A stretch of 64,000 nucleotides of DNA from an uncultured Desulfobulbaceae bacterium (GTDB lineage: Bacteria; Desulfobacterota; Desulfobulbia; Desulfobulbales; BM004). The notes beneath the pieces are model-generated. The model worked only from the letters and a program-made list of their open reading frames with translations. It was not told the DNA's origin and searched no databases. Each line of letters starts with the position of its first letter. The first letter of the stretch is position 1. The DNA lies in assembly GCA_947259115.1 (NCBI GenBank), contig CAMYKS010000006.1, positions 88,079 to 152,078 on the forward strand, in the 5' to 3' direction. Below, piece after piece: positions 20,127 to 29,621 of this stretch. Made by a program: the position numbers and the translations under genes.

Positions 20127-21314
20127 TCATGCCTTTAATTGGCTGATGGCCTTTTCAAGGCCGTCCAGCGAGAGCTCGAACATGGAAAAAATCTGCCGTA
20201 CCATGCCAACAGTTTGTGAATAATCCCACATGTTTTCCTGGAGCGGGTTAAGCCAGGCAGAATGGGGAAATGTTTCTGCCAGATATTTCAAACACTCGAT
20301 ACTTGTCCGGCCGCTCCTTTCCTGGATATGTATGGAACCGTCCTGGCTGCCAAGTTCGTAGGGAGCCATGCTGGCATCGCCAACAATAATTAACCTGGTT
20401 TCAGGATCAAAGCGGCTAAAATCAGCAATTGAAAAAGGTTTTTTGGACCTGCCCGCATCCTGCCATAGCGTGTCATAAATCGTGTTATGAAAAAAGTATG
20501 TTTTAATATCTTTAAACTGGGTCCCGGCATAATCAAAAAGTGTCTGCACAATTTTTACATGGGGGTCCATGGACCAACCGCCGTTATCGATTGCGAGAAC
20601 AACTTTGAGGCGGTCTTGCAGGCGCGGCTCAAAAACAATGTCAATTTCTCCGCCGATTTTAACCGTTCTGTAGATGGTTTTCTCAATGTTTATCCGGTCT
20701 TTTGCCCCTGCCGGCACAAGCTTTCTGAGCCTTTTCAAGGCTTCACCGATTCTTGCCCGGGTCAAAGGGCCCTGGGTGGAGTAATCCCTGTATCTTCTTT
20801 CTGCAGCAACCCTTAGGGCAGTCTTAGCGCTTGATTCTCCTTCCACCCGCATGGGACTCGGGTGGTACCCGGAATGTCCGAGCGGTGAAGTTCCGCCTGT
20901 GCCTATCCATTTACTGCCGCCATGGTGTTCGTCTTTCTGCACCTGCAGGATCTGTTTGAAATATGCCAGCAGCTCAGTTCTGGAAAGCTTTTGCAGGTGT
21001 TCTTCGTCCTCGCCGAGCATCCTCGCCGTTGCACCGGGATTCTGCAGCCACTGCCGGAGCATCTGACTGGCGATCTCATCAAGGATAAGGCCATCTTTTT
21101 CCGGCAAAGGAGTCCCCTCAAAGTGAGAGGTAAAGACCTGGTCATACTGATCGAAATACCGTTCACTTTTCACAAGTATGGAGCGTGCCGCAATATAGAA
21201 ATCATCCAAGTTTTCTATGAGCCCGCTGTTCAATGCCTTGTGTAATGTAAGAAAAGAGGTTGGGGTTACCGGCACACCCTGTTCCCTTAAGCTATAAAAA
21301 AAATCGCTGAACAT
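20127..21314 (-). CDS. VWA-domain (CoxE-like) partner of MoxR ATPase
   Basis: HHGGSKWIGTGGTSP, DNGGWSM MIDAS-like, YFFHN and IVGDASMAPYE motifs. Confidence 0.85.
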   Translation of the reverse strand: MFSDFFYSLREQGVPVTPTSFLTLHKALNSGLIENLDDFYIAARSILVKSERYFDQYDQVFTSHFEGTPLPEKDGLILDEIASQMLRQWLQNPGATARMLGEDEEHLQKLSRTELLAYFKQILQVQKDEHHGGSKWIGTGGTSPLGHSGYHPSPMRVEGESSAKTALRVAAERRYRDYSTQGPLTRARIGEALKRLRKLVPAGAKDRINIEKTIYRTVKIGGEIDIVFEPRLQDRLKVVLAIDNGGWSMDPHVKIVQTLFDYAGTQFKDIKTYFFHNTIYDTLWQDAGRSKKPFSIADFSRFDPETRLIIVGDASMAPYELGSQDGSIHIQERSGRTSIECLKYLAETFPHSAWLNPLQENMWDYSQTVGMVRQIFSMFELSLDGLEKAISQLKA

Positions 21315-21317
21315 TGA

Positions 21318-22163
21318 TTATTTCCGGGCCTGGCTATATATGGAGGCGGCCTTTTTATAGTCAGGACTTTTTTTAAACAGGACACCTAAGTAGGGGACCT
21401 CTTCCTCAACCAGTCTGTCTGTTTTGAAATCAGGGTCAGATGCCAGGGCCCGCAGCCAGTTAATCAATTCTCTTGTGGCAGGCCTTTTCTCAATGCCCTC
21501 TACGTCACGGAGTTTATAAAAGGTTGCAATCGCTCCCTGGGCAAGGTTTTCATCGAGACCTGGAAAATGAACCGCAATTATTTGTCGCATCATTTTCGGG
21601 TCGGGAAAAGCGATATGATGAAAGTTGCACCTTCCCAAAAAAGGATCGGACAGGTCCTTTTTGGCGTTTGATGTAATTATAATTACCGGACGTACCTTGG
21701 CCTGCACCGTTATATCCGTTTCAATAATATCAAACTGCATCTGGTCCAGTATATCGAGCATGTCATCCTGGAAGTCTGTGTCAGCCTTGTCTATTTCATC
21801 GATCAGCAGGACAACCCTTTGTGCGGCGCTAAACGCCTGGCCGATTTTGCCCATTCTTATGTATTCATTGATATTGCTGACATCCCTGTTTGAGTCTCCG
21901 AAACGGCTGTCATTCAACCTGGTAAGGGTGTCATATTGATAAAGAGCATCAATAAGCTTCATGCTTGATTTTACATTGAGGACGATGAGCTCCATGTTCA
22001 GGTTTTCAGCTATGGCATGGGCCAGCATGGTCTTGCCAGTACCGGGTTCACCTTTTAATAAAAGCGGCATTTCCAGTGCCATTGATATATGTACTATCCG
22101 GGCGAGTTCATTATCCAGAACGTATGTACGTCCCCCTGAAAAATCAGCTATGTTGTCATTCAT
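21318..22163 (-). CDS. MoxR-family AAA+ ATPase
   Basis: GEPGTGKT, LLIDEIDKAD and IIITSN motifs. Confidence 0.9.
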   Translation of the reverse strand: MNDNIADFSGGRTYVLDNELARIVHISMALEMPLLLKGEPGTGKTMLAHAIAENLNMELIVLNVKSSMKLIDALYQYDTLTRLNDSRFGDSNRDVSNINEYIRMGKIGQAFSAAQRVVLLIDEIDKADTDFQDDMLDILDQMQFDIIETDITVQAKVRPVIIITSNAKKDLSDPFLGRCNFHHIAFPDPKMMRQIIAVHFPGLDENLAQGAIATFYKLRDVEGIEKRPATRELINWLRALASDPDFKTDRLVEEEVPYLGVLFKKSPDYKKAASIYSQARK

Positions 22164-22185
22164 TTGAACCTCTTACCTGTCATAA

Positions 22186-23091
22186 TTATAATGCCTGTAA
22201 TATCTGGTACAATAGCGGCAGGGTCAGAAACGAGGCCATGAGGCCCAGTCCGACCAGGGCAGCGGTGAGCTCCGGGGCAAGGCCGGCGATCAGGGCCAGA
22301 GCCCCTGCAGTTACCATGGGCGGCATGCCTGCTTCAAACACCGATACCTTTGCCGCCAGGCTGCCCTGCTGCAGTGCGAAAATAATAGCTGTTGCCAGCA
22401 GTGGCGCTATAACCAGCTTTATCAGCAACCCGGCGGTGAACGGCGTCCAACTGCCGGGCGGCAGCTTGAGCTTGACCTGCAGTCCGATTGCCACCATGAC
22501 AACCGGCACCAGAGAGGAGGCAATGCCGTGCAGTACTGCCACCAGGACAGCCGGATAGGGAACAGACATGGTAAGCAGGCCGAGCACCAGGGCAATGAAG
22601 GGCGGGAAAAGACATATTTTCTTGAGTATGGTTAAAGGTGTCGATCTTTCGCTGCCGCTGTATGTTGCCAGGATAAAAGAGCCGTATGTGGCGAGGGCCA
22701 GAAAGGAGCCGAATTGATCATACAGGACCGCGTAGGAAACCGAATCTACTCCCCAGAAGGCCTGTACCATTGGTATGCCGAAAAAAGAAGTATTGCCAAG
22801 GGGCACCATGAGCAGGAGTGCCCCTGTTGTAGACCTGGTCCATCTGAAAGTTTTGGCAGCTGTCAGCACCAGGAGTGCCGAGATTGCTACCATTATCCAC
22901 GGCATGAGTACCGGAATGAGCAGGTTTTTTGAAAAAATCAGGCGCGGCACCTGGAGCAGGATCAGGGCTGGCAGTGAAATATAAATGATAAAAAGGTTGA
23001 GGACCTGTGAACTGTTCTCTGGAAAAATTTTTAAGCGGCTCAGTGCCATTCCCAGCAGCAGTAGGGAAAAAATGATGATGAGGTTTTCCAT
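22186..23091 (-). CDS. AEC (auxin efflux carrier) family transporter
   Basis: About 10 TM segments; ISLPALI, GNTSFFGIP, FPPF and AGMPP motifs. Confidence 0.85.
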   Translation of the reverse strand: MENLIIIFSLLLLGMALSRLKIFPENSSQVLNLFIIYISLPALILLQVPRLIFSKNLLIPVLMPWIMVAISALLVLTAAKTFRWTRSTTGALLLMVPLGNTSFFGIPMVQAFWGVDSVSYAVLYDQFGSFLALATYGSFILATYSGSERSTPLTILKKICLFPPFIALVLGLLTMSVPYPAVLVAVLHGIASSLVPVVMVAIGLQVKLKLPPGSWTPFTAGLLIKLVIAPLLATAIIFALQQGSLAAKVSVFEAGMPPMVTAGALALIAGLAPELTAALVGLGLMASFLTLPLLYQILQAL

Positions 23092-23100
23092 GAACGCGTA

Positions 23101-23907
23101 TTATCCTGCCTCTGCAACCGGGCTGTGCAGGGTTCCCAGATTTTCAATTATGAGTTCCAGCCGGTCACCGGGCTTAAGATAGACCGGCGGCTGCCTGGCA
23201 AAACCAACCCCGCTGGGAGTGCCGGTCATGATAACCGTACCGGGGAGCAGGGTCATGCTGTCTGACAGGTATTCGATCAATTCCGCCACTGAAAAGATCA
23301 TATCAGAGGTATTGGCATCCTGCATGGGCTCATTGTTTAAGAAACACTGCAACCGCAGTTGCTGTGGATCAGGTATGAGGTCAGCCGTCACCAGTTCCGG
23401 CCCCAAAGGACAGAAGGTGTCAAAGCTTTTGCCGCGCACCCACTGCCCGGAGCCGCCGTGCTTTTGCCAGCGTCGGGCCGAAACATCATTGCCGATGGTG
23501 TAGCCGAACACATGGTCAAGCGCCCTTGCCGCCGGAATATTTTTTGCTACCCTGCCGATAACCACTGCCAGCTCAACTTCAAAGTCCACCTGGGGTGGAT
23601 CCAGGCAGGAAGGCGGCAGGAGTATCGGATCGTTGGGATGGTTAAGGGCGGCGGGATTTTTCATGAAAAGAACAGGATATTGCGGCAGGGTGGCATTGGT
23701 TTCCCTGGCATGCTGCGCGTAGTTCAAACCGATGCAGAGAATGGCCGCTGGTTTTATAGGAGCAAGGAGTTTGGCAACCTTTGTCCGTTGGCCGCTGTCC
23801 TTTGTGGTTTTAAACAGGTCACCATGCAGCAGGGTTGCCTCGCCTTCACAATAATTATGCCCATACCGGGTATGTCCCTCTTTATCTATAAAACGAATAA
23901 TTCGCAT
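23101..23907 (-). CDS. Fumarylacetoacetate hydrolase family protein
   Basis: CIGLNYAQHA, DFEVEL, NDVSAR, GKSFDTFCPLGP and TGTPSGVG motifs. Confidence 0.93.
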   Translation of the reverse strand: MRIIRFIDKEGHTRYGHNYCEGEATLLHGDLFKTTKDSGQRTKVAKLLAPIKPAAILCIGLNYAQHARETNATLPQYPVLFMKNPAALNHPNDPILLPPSCLDPPQVDFEVELAVVIGRVAKNIPAARALDHVFGYTIGNDVSARRWQKHGGSGQWVRGKSFDTFCPLGPELVTADLIPDPQQLRLQCFLNNEPMQDANTSDMIFSVAELIEYLSDSMTLLPGTVIMTGTPSGVGFARQPPVYLKPGDRLELIIENLGTLHSPVAEAG

Positions 23908-24012
23908 GGCAACAGTAACTTTAATGCAGCAGAATATTGTACCTCAAAAAAACCATGTATACTATATATGCAGAGGAAACAGGAAAACATAACACTTTGG
24001 ACATAAAATATT

Positions 24013-24237
24013 ATGAAGATTACAATCAAGCTCTTTGCCACTCTCAGGGATTTCGGCCCTGAAATTCAGGAGATGAGCGTCTCTGAAAACAGTAGCATTG
24101 AAAAGGTGGTCAAGTCACTCAACCTGCCTGAAGATATCCCTCTGTTGACCATTGTAAACGGGGTGCATACCGACCCGAAAGAAGTGCTGAAGGGGGGTGA
24201 TGTTCTGGCCCTTTTTCCTCCGGTCGGCGGCGGTTAG
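24013..24237 (+). CDS. MoaD/ThiS family sulfur carrier
   Basis: IKLFATLR start; C-terminal FPPVGGG. Confidence 0.92.
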   Translation: MKITIKLFATLRDFGPEIQEMSVSENSSIEKVVKSLNLPEDIPLLTIVNGVHTDPKEVLKGGDVLALFPPVGGG

Positions 24238-24878
24238 CCTGGGGCAACAGAAAATTTTGCCATTTCGCTTGCAGGGATCCAGCGCCCCTTTTGGAACATC
24301 TCCGGGGCGACTTGTGCGCCATCAAGAGATACACTTTTGCATTCCTGCCAGAATCCTGTTGGCAGATTGCCAAGATACTCTGCTAAGTCCGTTGATTGTA
24401 TATAAATCCCCTTTCTAAGAAGCTCCGGCCCCATATCTTTCATTAACAGGTTTAAAAGCTTGAGCTGCACAAAACCCTCTCCGGAATAACCATAATCGCC
24501 TGCCTCCCGGTGCGTGATGCTGTGGCGGAAGACGGCCAGGGGGCCCCGCCGTAAAGCAATGCCGACCAGGCCGGGCATGGTACCCGACAAGGTAAGCCTG
24601 GCTCCATCTCTGATAATAGCTATTTCAAGATCATCAGCCGGTTTACCGTCCAGAAAGATACCCTGGATCCTTGATTGAATATACTCGGGACTTAAGCCAA
24701 GCTGCTCGATGAAAAAGTCATGTATGGTGCAGCCCACGCAGGCGGAAACAAAAAAGCCCTTCTGCAGAAGGAGAAAAAGGTCTGCAATCTGCTTTTCGGC
24801 AAGGTCCAAAGACAGAGTTACGGCTTTTTGCAGCTGCTCTCTTATCTCGGTTGTTTCCACTGGTTCATACCCCCACAA
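24234..24878 (-). CDS. Hypothetical protein downstream of the AOR gene
   Basis: 214-aa ORF co-oriented with AOR; no motif recognised with confidence. Confidence 0.65.
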   Translation of the reverse strand: MWGYEPVETTEIREQLQKAVTLSLDLAEKQIADLFLLLQKGFFVSACVGCTIHDFFIEQLGLSPEYIQSRIQGIFLDGKPADDLEIAIIRDGARLTLSGTMPGLVGIALRRGPLAVFRHSITHREAGDYGYSGEGFVQLKLLNLLMKDMGPELLRKGIYIQSTDLAEYLGNLPTGFWQECKSVSLDGAQVAPEMFQKGRWIPASEMAKFSVAPG

Positions 24879-24906
24879 GAGAATAAAGCTCTCAATTGCC
24901 TAACAG

Positions 24907-24949
24907 AAAAAAAGGAGGAGACGTCGGTTCCGCCTTCCCCCCTTTTTTT
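24907..24949 (-). terminator. Probable intrinsic terminator after the AOR gene
   Basis: AAAAAAAGGAGGAG...CTTCCCCCTTTTTTT imperfect hairpin with A/T tails on both sides. Confidence 0.5.
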
Positions 24950-24968
24950 GAGCTGTCATGCTGTGCAA

Positions 24969-26552
24969 TCACCAATCAAACACCTTGTCAAGTTCCTCAT
25001 CCGTAACCCCGAACGTGACGTTATGCGGTGGAAATGCTTCGGTTTTGAAGTAACCGGGCAAACGGTCATGGGCCTTGGTAAAACCGGCCCGGGCATTAAA
25101 ATCCCGCTCCATTGTCAGGACTTTTTTGCCAAGTTCGGTGACACCGTCGGCGGTGAATTCAGTGCCGCTGTAGGCGCCGATGATATCAAGCATGGCCTGA
25201 AATGTCTCAGGCTGGTCCAGTATGGCAAAGGCTATAAACAGGCACATGCCCGTGGAGTCAATGGCAGCTGTGGCTATCTGCAGATTTCTGGAAATTTCAA
25301 CCTGGCCCTCCGGTTTTAAGGCATCCACATCGCCTCCGACCTTGAGAACATTCTGGGCTACAGCATAACCTGCCGTATGGTCTGCCCCCATGGGGCTGGT
25401 GGCATAGGTAACACCGATACCCTGTACAGCACGCGGGTCCTCCATGGCGACTGCTATGGCGTTGCCCATTTCAATGGTATCGACTCCGTAATTGTCATCC
25501 AAGAAGTCCAGCATGGCAATGGTGTCAAGATCATCTATGCCGCAGTTGCCGCCATGGGCCCAAACGGTTTCATATTCCGGCTGTTTGGTAAGGAAATGGC
25601 CATCCTTGTCATTATAGACTCCCGAGCAGCGGATAACGCAGCCGCGGTGGCACCCATGGGTGGCAAGTCCGCCGCGTGCCGTTTCGGTCTCAGCCTGGGT
25701 CTCGCCACTGATCTTTGAGGCGCCGTCGAAGCTGCCCTGTTTGAAGTTGTAGGTCGGGTAGCCGCCCACTTCGCTAAGTATGTTGGTAAGGACATTGGTG
25801 CCGTAGGCAGGCAGGCCTTCCCCGGTAACGGGATGTGAGGTCAGACCCTCAACAAAAATTTTGTTGGCTGCTTTGAACTTTTCAGGGTCTTTGGGGGAGC
25901 GCATTGCCATGCCGGTATCATCGAGCACGATAACCTTTACGCCTTTGGCTCCCATGACAGCTCCAACACCACCCCTGCCGGCATGCCGGGCCGGGCGGAG
26001 TTCCATGTCGGTGCAGGCAATTGAGGCGGAGCACATCTTCATTTCACCGGCCGGGCCAATGGAGATACAGGCTATTTTTTTATCGCCATACTCGCTTTTC
26101 ATTTTATCGATCAGGTCGTAATTGGGCAGCATTTTGAGACTGTTGTCAATACTGATCTGTACGCCGTCCTTATTGATAAATACCTTGTAAAGGTCGTCCG
26201 TTGGGGGCTTGCCTTCCAGCACAATGGCAGCGTAACCCAGCCTGGCCAGTACCTGGGAGGGTTGGCCGCCGGAGTTTGCCTCCTTTATCCCTCCTGTCAA
26301 CGGGCTCTTGCAGCCGATTGATATGCGGCCGGACATGGCAGCGGTTGTACCGCTCAGCAGACCGGGAGCAATTACCAGCTTATTTTCACTTCCCAGGGCG
26401 TGACATGTGGCTGGAACTTCTTTGGAAACTATGGCGGAGGTTAAAGCTCTGCCTCCCAGGCCGGCATATTCTCCTATCGGGACCTCATTGACCTGCGGTC
26501 CGCCTGCACCACTCATATCGATTCGTAAAATCTTATCCATCGCGACCTCCAT
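24969..26552 (-). CDS. aor: Aldehyde:ferredoxin oxidoreductase (W/Mo-pterin) with an apparent in-frame internal deletion
   Basis: KSPLTGGIKEANSGG, AGRGGVGAVMGAKGVK, GCHRGCVIRC, PEYET and DPRAVQG.GVTYATSPMGADH motifs; AMEDPR junction lacks the usual intervening segment. Confidence 0.85.
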   Translation of the reverse strand: MEVAMDKILRIDMSGAGGPQVNEVPIGEYAGLGGRALTSAIVSKEVPATCHALGSENKLVIAPGLLSGTTAAMSGRISIGCKSPLTGGIKEANSGGQPSQVLARLGYAAIVLEGKPPTDDLYKVFINKDGVQISIDNSLKMLPNYDLIDKMKSEYGDKKIACISIGPAGEMKMCSASIACTDMELRPARHAGRGGVGAVMGAKGVKVIVLDDTGMAMRSPKDPEKFKAANKIFVEGLTSHPVTGEGLPAYGTNVLTNILSEVGGYPTYNFKQGSFDGASKISGETQAETETARGGLATHGCHRGCVIRCSGVYNDKDGHFLTKQPEYETVWAHGGNCGIDDLDTIAMLDFLDDNYGVDTIEMGNAIAVAMEDPRAVQGIGVTYATSPMGADHTAGYAVAQNVLKVGGDVDALKPEGQVEISRNLQIATAAIDSTGMCLFIAFAILDQPETFQAMLDIIGAYSGTEFTADGVTELGKKVLTMERDFNARAGFTKAHDRLPGYFKTEAFPPHNVTFGVTDEELDKVFDW

Positions 26553-26625
26553 GATCTGCTTGATTGCAAAAATGTAAGTTCATCAATACGTATCAAGAAT
26601 ATTTTATTATACCCAGGCATAAAAC

Positions 26626-26720
26626 AAAAAAAGCCTCCACAGGGCTTAATTCACCCAGAGAAGGCTGTACAGATATATCGAGGTTTACCTCTATGCATGG
26701 GGATTAGCCTCAAGTAGAGT
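26626..26720 (-). promoter_or_regulatory. Candidate attenuator in the aor leader (terminator with competing upstream pairing)
   Basis: Minus strand: AGCCTTCTCTGGGT...AGCCCTGTGGAGGCTTTTTTT terminator about 75 nt upstream of the start; upstream GAGGCT could pair with its 5' arm; TTGACA near 26773-26768. Confidence 0.4.
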
Positions 26721-27061
26721 AAAAATTTAGATATCAGATATATGTTTTAGTCAGGATAATAACTTCTTGTCAAGCATATTATCTGGTAGGGCAAAACTGA
26801 TGGTGGTAGGCGGTTGCAGGTCTCTGCCGGGCGGCTCAACCTACTGCAAAACGGTCATATTTAGATGGGGTCAATACTGACCATAAAGAAGAGGTCCAAA
26901 CCGTGGAGTCAGGAATTCACCCTAGGTCCGGTCAGGCACGGGAGGAAGAATTTGTTGCAGTCCGTGGAAATTGGTACATTTTCGGCCCAAAAATAAAAAA
27001 GAGCAGGCCCGCTTGAAAAATCGGCCCACCCTGGGGTAGTTAAGCTGCTACCTGTCCGAAA

Positions 27062-27385
27062 TTATGTTTCTTTTTCCTTTTTTTTGTCAGTATCTATGGG
27101 GCATGGTTCTCCTGCCTCGGCAAAGGCGGCACAGGCCATGGTGCCCTTGACATCTATTTTGGTGTCATCTTCTTTCTTCTCACTTTTATCCAGCGGGCAT
27201 GGTTCTCCGGCTTCAGCAAAAGCGGTGCAGGCCATGGTGTCCTCCACAGACATTTTAGAGTCATCTGTTTTCTCTTTCTTTTCTTCAGCTTCATGGATTG
27301 GACATGGCTCGCCGGCCTCGGCAAAAGCACTGCAGGCCATGGTATCCACGACTTCTTTTTTGACTGATTTTTTTTCATCGTCCAT
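27062..27385 (-). CDS. Small charged protein with three TMACxAFAEAGEPCP repeats
   Basis: Three near-identical 15-aa cores separated by K/E/D linkers; GGAG RBS upstream. Confidence 0.85.
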   Translation of the reverse strand: MDDEKKSVKKEVVDTMACSAFAEAGEPCPIHEAEEKKEKTDDSKMSVEDTMACTAFAEAGEPCPLDKSEKKEDDTKIDVKGTMACAAFAEAGEPCPIDTDKKKEKET

Positions 27386-27472
27386 GAGTATATCTCCCGT
27401 TAGGCATTTTCTTCCCCCTCAACAATCCCGAGGCAAGTTATTTTTTAACTTAATAATTATAAATTAACTATT

Positions 27473-27572
27473 CTTTAGCTTATTTGCACAAATTTTTTTA
27501 AAAGCTGTTTTTTTGTCTGTCATGGAAGGACGTAAAGGGGCTGCAGTAAATTCTACAGTATCCGGGATATTA
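27473..27572 (+). repeat. 100-bp direct repeat, left copy (right copy at 40185-40286)
   Basis: CTTTAGCTTATTTGCACAAATTTTTTTAAAAGCTG...GGACGTAAAGGGGCTGCAGTAAATTCTACAGTATCCGGGATATTA, nearly identical in both places. Confidence 0.93.
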
Positions 27573-27859
27573 GAACTTCAACCATAAATAAGAATTTCAT
27601 TTTTCCACTGCATACCTGAACACATTAAGAATCATTCATGCTCAAGGTTACAAGCAGTAATTTGGACTTTCAGAGATGCAAGAATACCCAATTATCTATG
27701 TTCCCCTGAGGGAAGATTAAATATATAGGTAGTTTGACTTAAGAGGGAGAATGTACTTGAAAGTTTAAACGGCGGAAGCCGAACCCATCGCCTACTACTT
27801 TTTTTAAAATAATATTATCATGTTAAGCTTATACTGGCAACAGCTCGATAAGCTATAAT

Positions 27860-28276
27860 TTAAGGACCAGGGATATCTATCGGTAGAACAGCCGGCCCGA
27901 AGAGGATATTTCTTATTTTGCTGATCAGGGTGTCCACATCAAACGGTTTCTCCACAAGAAAATGATCGGTTTCAGAAATCCCTTGATTGGCAACTGAAGG
28001 AGCAATGTAGCCGGACATAAAAAGAACCCGAATCTCGGGATACAAAGCGGCAAACTGCCTGGCCAGGTCGAAGCCGCTCATTTTCGGCATCATGACGTCG
28101 GTGAGCAGCAGATCAATTTTTTCCTGTTTTTCGGCCGTAAGCAGAGCTCTCTCGGCGCTGGAAGCCGCAAGACACCGATAGCCATAAAAAGAAATTTGCT
28201 CTTCAGTAACCTTTAGAACAATGGGGTCATCATCTACTATGAGGACTGTTGCGGTTTCTTTTTTTTGCTTTTGCAT
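27860..28276 (-). CDS. Single-domain response regulator (receiver)
   Basis: VLIVDDD, DLLLTDVMMPKMSG, FMSGY and KPF motifs. Confidence 0.9.
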   Translation of the reverse strand: MQKQKKETATVLIVDDDPIVLKVTEEQISFYGYRCLAASSAERALLTAEKQEKIDLLLTDVMMPKMSGFDLARQFAALYPEIRVLFMSGYIAPSVANQGISETDHFLVEKPFDVDTLISKIRNILFGPAVLPIDIPGP

Positions 28277-28414
28277 ATAGTTCTTTACATTGAAATTTCG
28301 AGGCTTATTCCCTTAATCCCTGCCAAATGGACAAGCTTCTGGCAGACCTTTGAAGAAGTCTCTCCTCGGTTGCTCTCCCTTAAAAGGGCTTTCTCTGATA
28401 TACGCTCAGAGCAG

Positions 28415-28795
28415 TTAAAGGTTTTCTGTGCTTCCCCCCGCGTGGGAAGCTTTTTTTGACTGCTGGGCAATCTTCCTCATATCGCATATTACTTTTTTAT
28501 ATTGGGTAGATGTGCCAGGGTGAATCTGAGTCCTTCCATTGTATTCTTCCATTACATGCATTTCGTTTTCTATATATTTCAGGAGATTTGGGTCATATTT
28601 CATAAGGAGCATGAGCAGCAGGTCTTGGGTAATTTTTGCTTTAGACAGGCTTTGCGATAATGTTAATACTTTCTGGGTAAGATGCTGAACAACCTCCTGT
28701 TGCGAATCAATTATTCTCTTTAATGATTTTGAGTTATTATTCATGTTTGCGCCTTTATTGAAATCATGCCTCATAGGATGTCTCCCGATTCCCAC
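28415..28795 (-). CDS. Hypothetical protein (start possibly MNNNSK at 28744)
   Basis: ORF between the HD-GYP and receiver genes on the same strand; coiled-coil-like. Confidence 0.55.
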   Translation of the reverse strand: MGIGRHPMRHDFNKGANMNNNSKSLKRIIDSQQEVVQHLTQKVLTLSQSLSKAKITQDLLLMLLMKYDPNLLKYIENEMHVMEEYNGRTQIHPGTSTQYKKVICDMRKIAQQSKKASHAGGSTENL

Positions 28796-29520
28796 TTAGA
28801 AGAATATCGGGCTCCTGTTTCTCGAAACACACTTTGAAATGCTTGCACAATCTCAGGGTCAAACTGTCTGCCGGCATGTATATGAAGCTCAGCAAGGGCG
28901 TCTTCCTTTCTCCGCCTGGGCCGATAAGGCCGGTCAGTGCTTATGGAATCAAAGCTGTCCGCTACACAAATTATCCTTGCCGACAGGGGGATAACATCGC
29001 CTGTCAAGTTGTCCGGGTATCCTTTGCCGTCAATTCTTTCATGATGATGCTTGACTGCTGTTGATACACCATGCAGCTGCGAAATGGGCTTGATGATTTC
29101 GGCACCTCTGGCAGGGTGTTTCTTGATGAGTTCGAACTCCTCTTCAGTAATTCCGACTGGTTTATCCAGCAAAGCATCATAGGTTCCTGTCCTGCCTATG
29201 TCATGCATAAGTCCGGCAATTTTGAGTGTTTCAATGTCCTTGTTTGGAAGCCCCATTTTTTTGCCGATAGCAACGGCATAAAACGTCACCCGCTCAGAAT
29301 GCCCTTTTGTCCAGCGGGACCGTTTATCTGCAGCATGCGCAAGTACTCTGGCTTTACAGATATTTACAGCGGTATTTAATTGGGTCGGATCTCCATGGAC
29401 GACTTTACATACATCAGCCCATGGATCAAGGTGAGTCGGTGTCGTAATTTCAAGAGACCCTGGAGGGGTTACAGAGGGAACTGTTATAATTCTTTTTTTT
29501 TGCGTCTTTTTTCTTCCCAT
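28771..29520 (-). CDS. HD-GYP domain protein (putative c-di-GMP phosphodiesterase)
   Basis: TKGHSERV, MHDIG, HHERIDGKGYP, ARIICVADSFD and RPY motifs. Confidence 0.9.
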   Translation of the reverse strand: MGRKKTQKKRIITVPSVTPPGSLEITTPTHLDPWADVCKVVHGDPTQLNTAVNICKARVLAHAADKRSRWTKGHSERVTFYAVAIGKKMGLPNKDIETLKIAGLMHDIGRTGTYDALLDKPVGITEEEFELIKKHPARGAEIIKPISQLHGVSTAVKHHHERIDGKGYPDNLTGDVIPLSARIICVADSFDSISTDRPYRPRRRKEDALAELHIHAGRQFDPEIVQAFQSVFRETGARYSSKWESGDIL

Positions 29521-29621
29521 GTGCCACCCAGATGGATGCCGTATAAACAGGAAAATACCATAAGTCCGGTAATGACTATTCCCATTAACATTTGTTCAGG
29601 AGTTAAGGGTGCTAAATTCAT
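29484..29621 (-). CDS. 45-aa TM ORF missing from the ORF track; possibly the frameshifted N-terminus of the HD-GYP protein
   Basis: AGGAGG RBS; MNLAPLTPEQMLMGIVITGLMVFSCLYGIHLGGTWEEKRRKKKEL*; overlaps the HD-GYP start across an A9 tract. Confidence 0.65.
   Translation of the reverse strand: MNLAPLTPEQMLMGIVITGLMVFSCLYGIHLGGTWEEKRRKKKEL

Noticed and set aside
27473-27572. c-di-GMP-I riboswitch suggested by GGACGTAAAG
   Set aside because: Lacks the GGCAAAC/GAAA P1-P2 architecture; better explained as a direct repeat
27771-27792. GGCGGAAGCCGAACCCATCGCC as a degenerate tRNA-Sec att fragment
   Set aside because: Too short, and needs a ~10-nt gap; cannot be distinguished from chance without the genome's selC sequence
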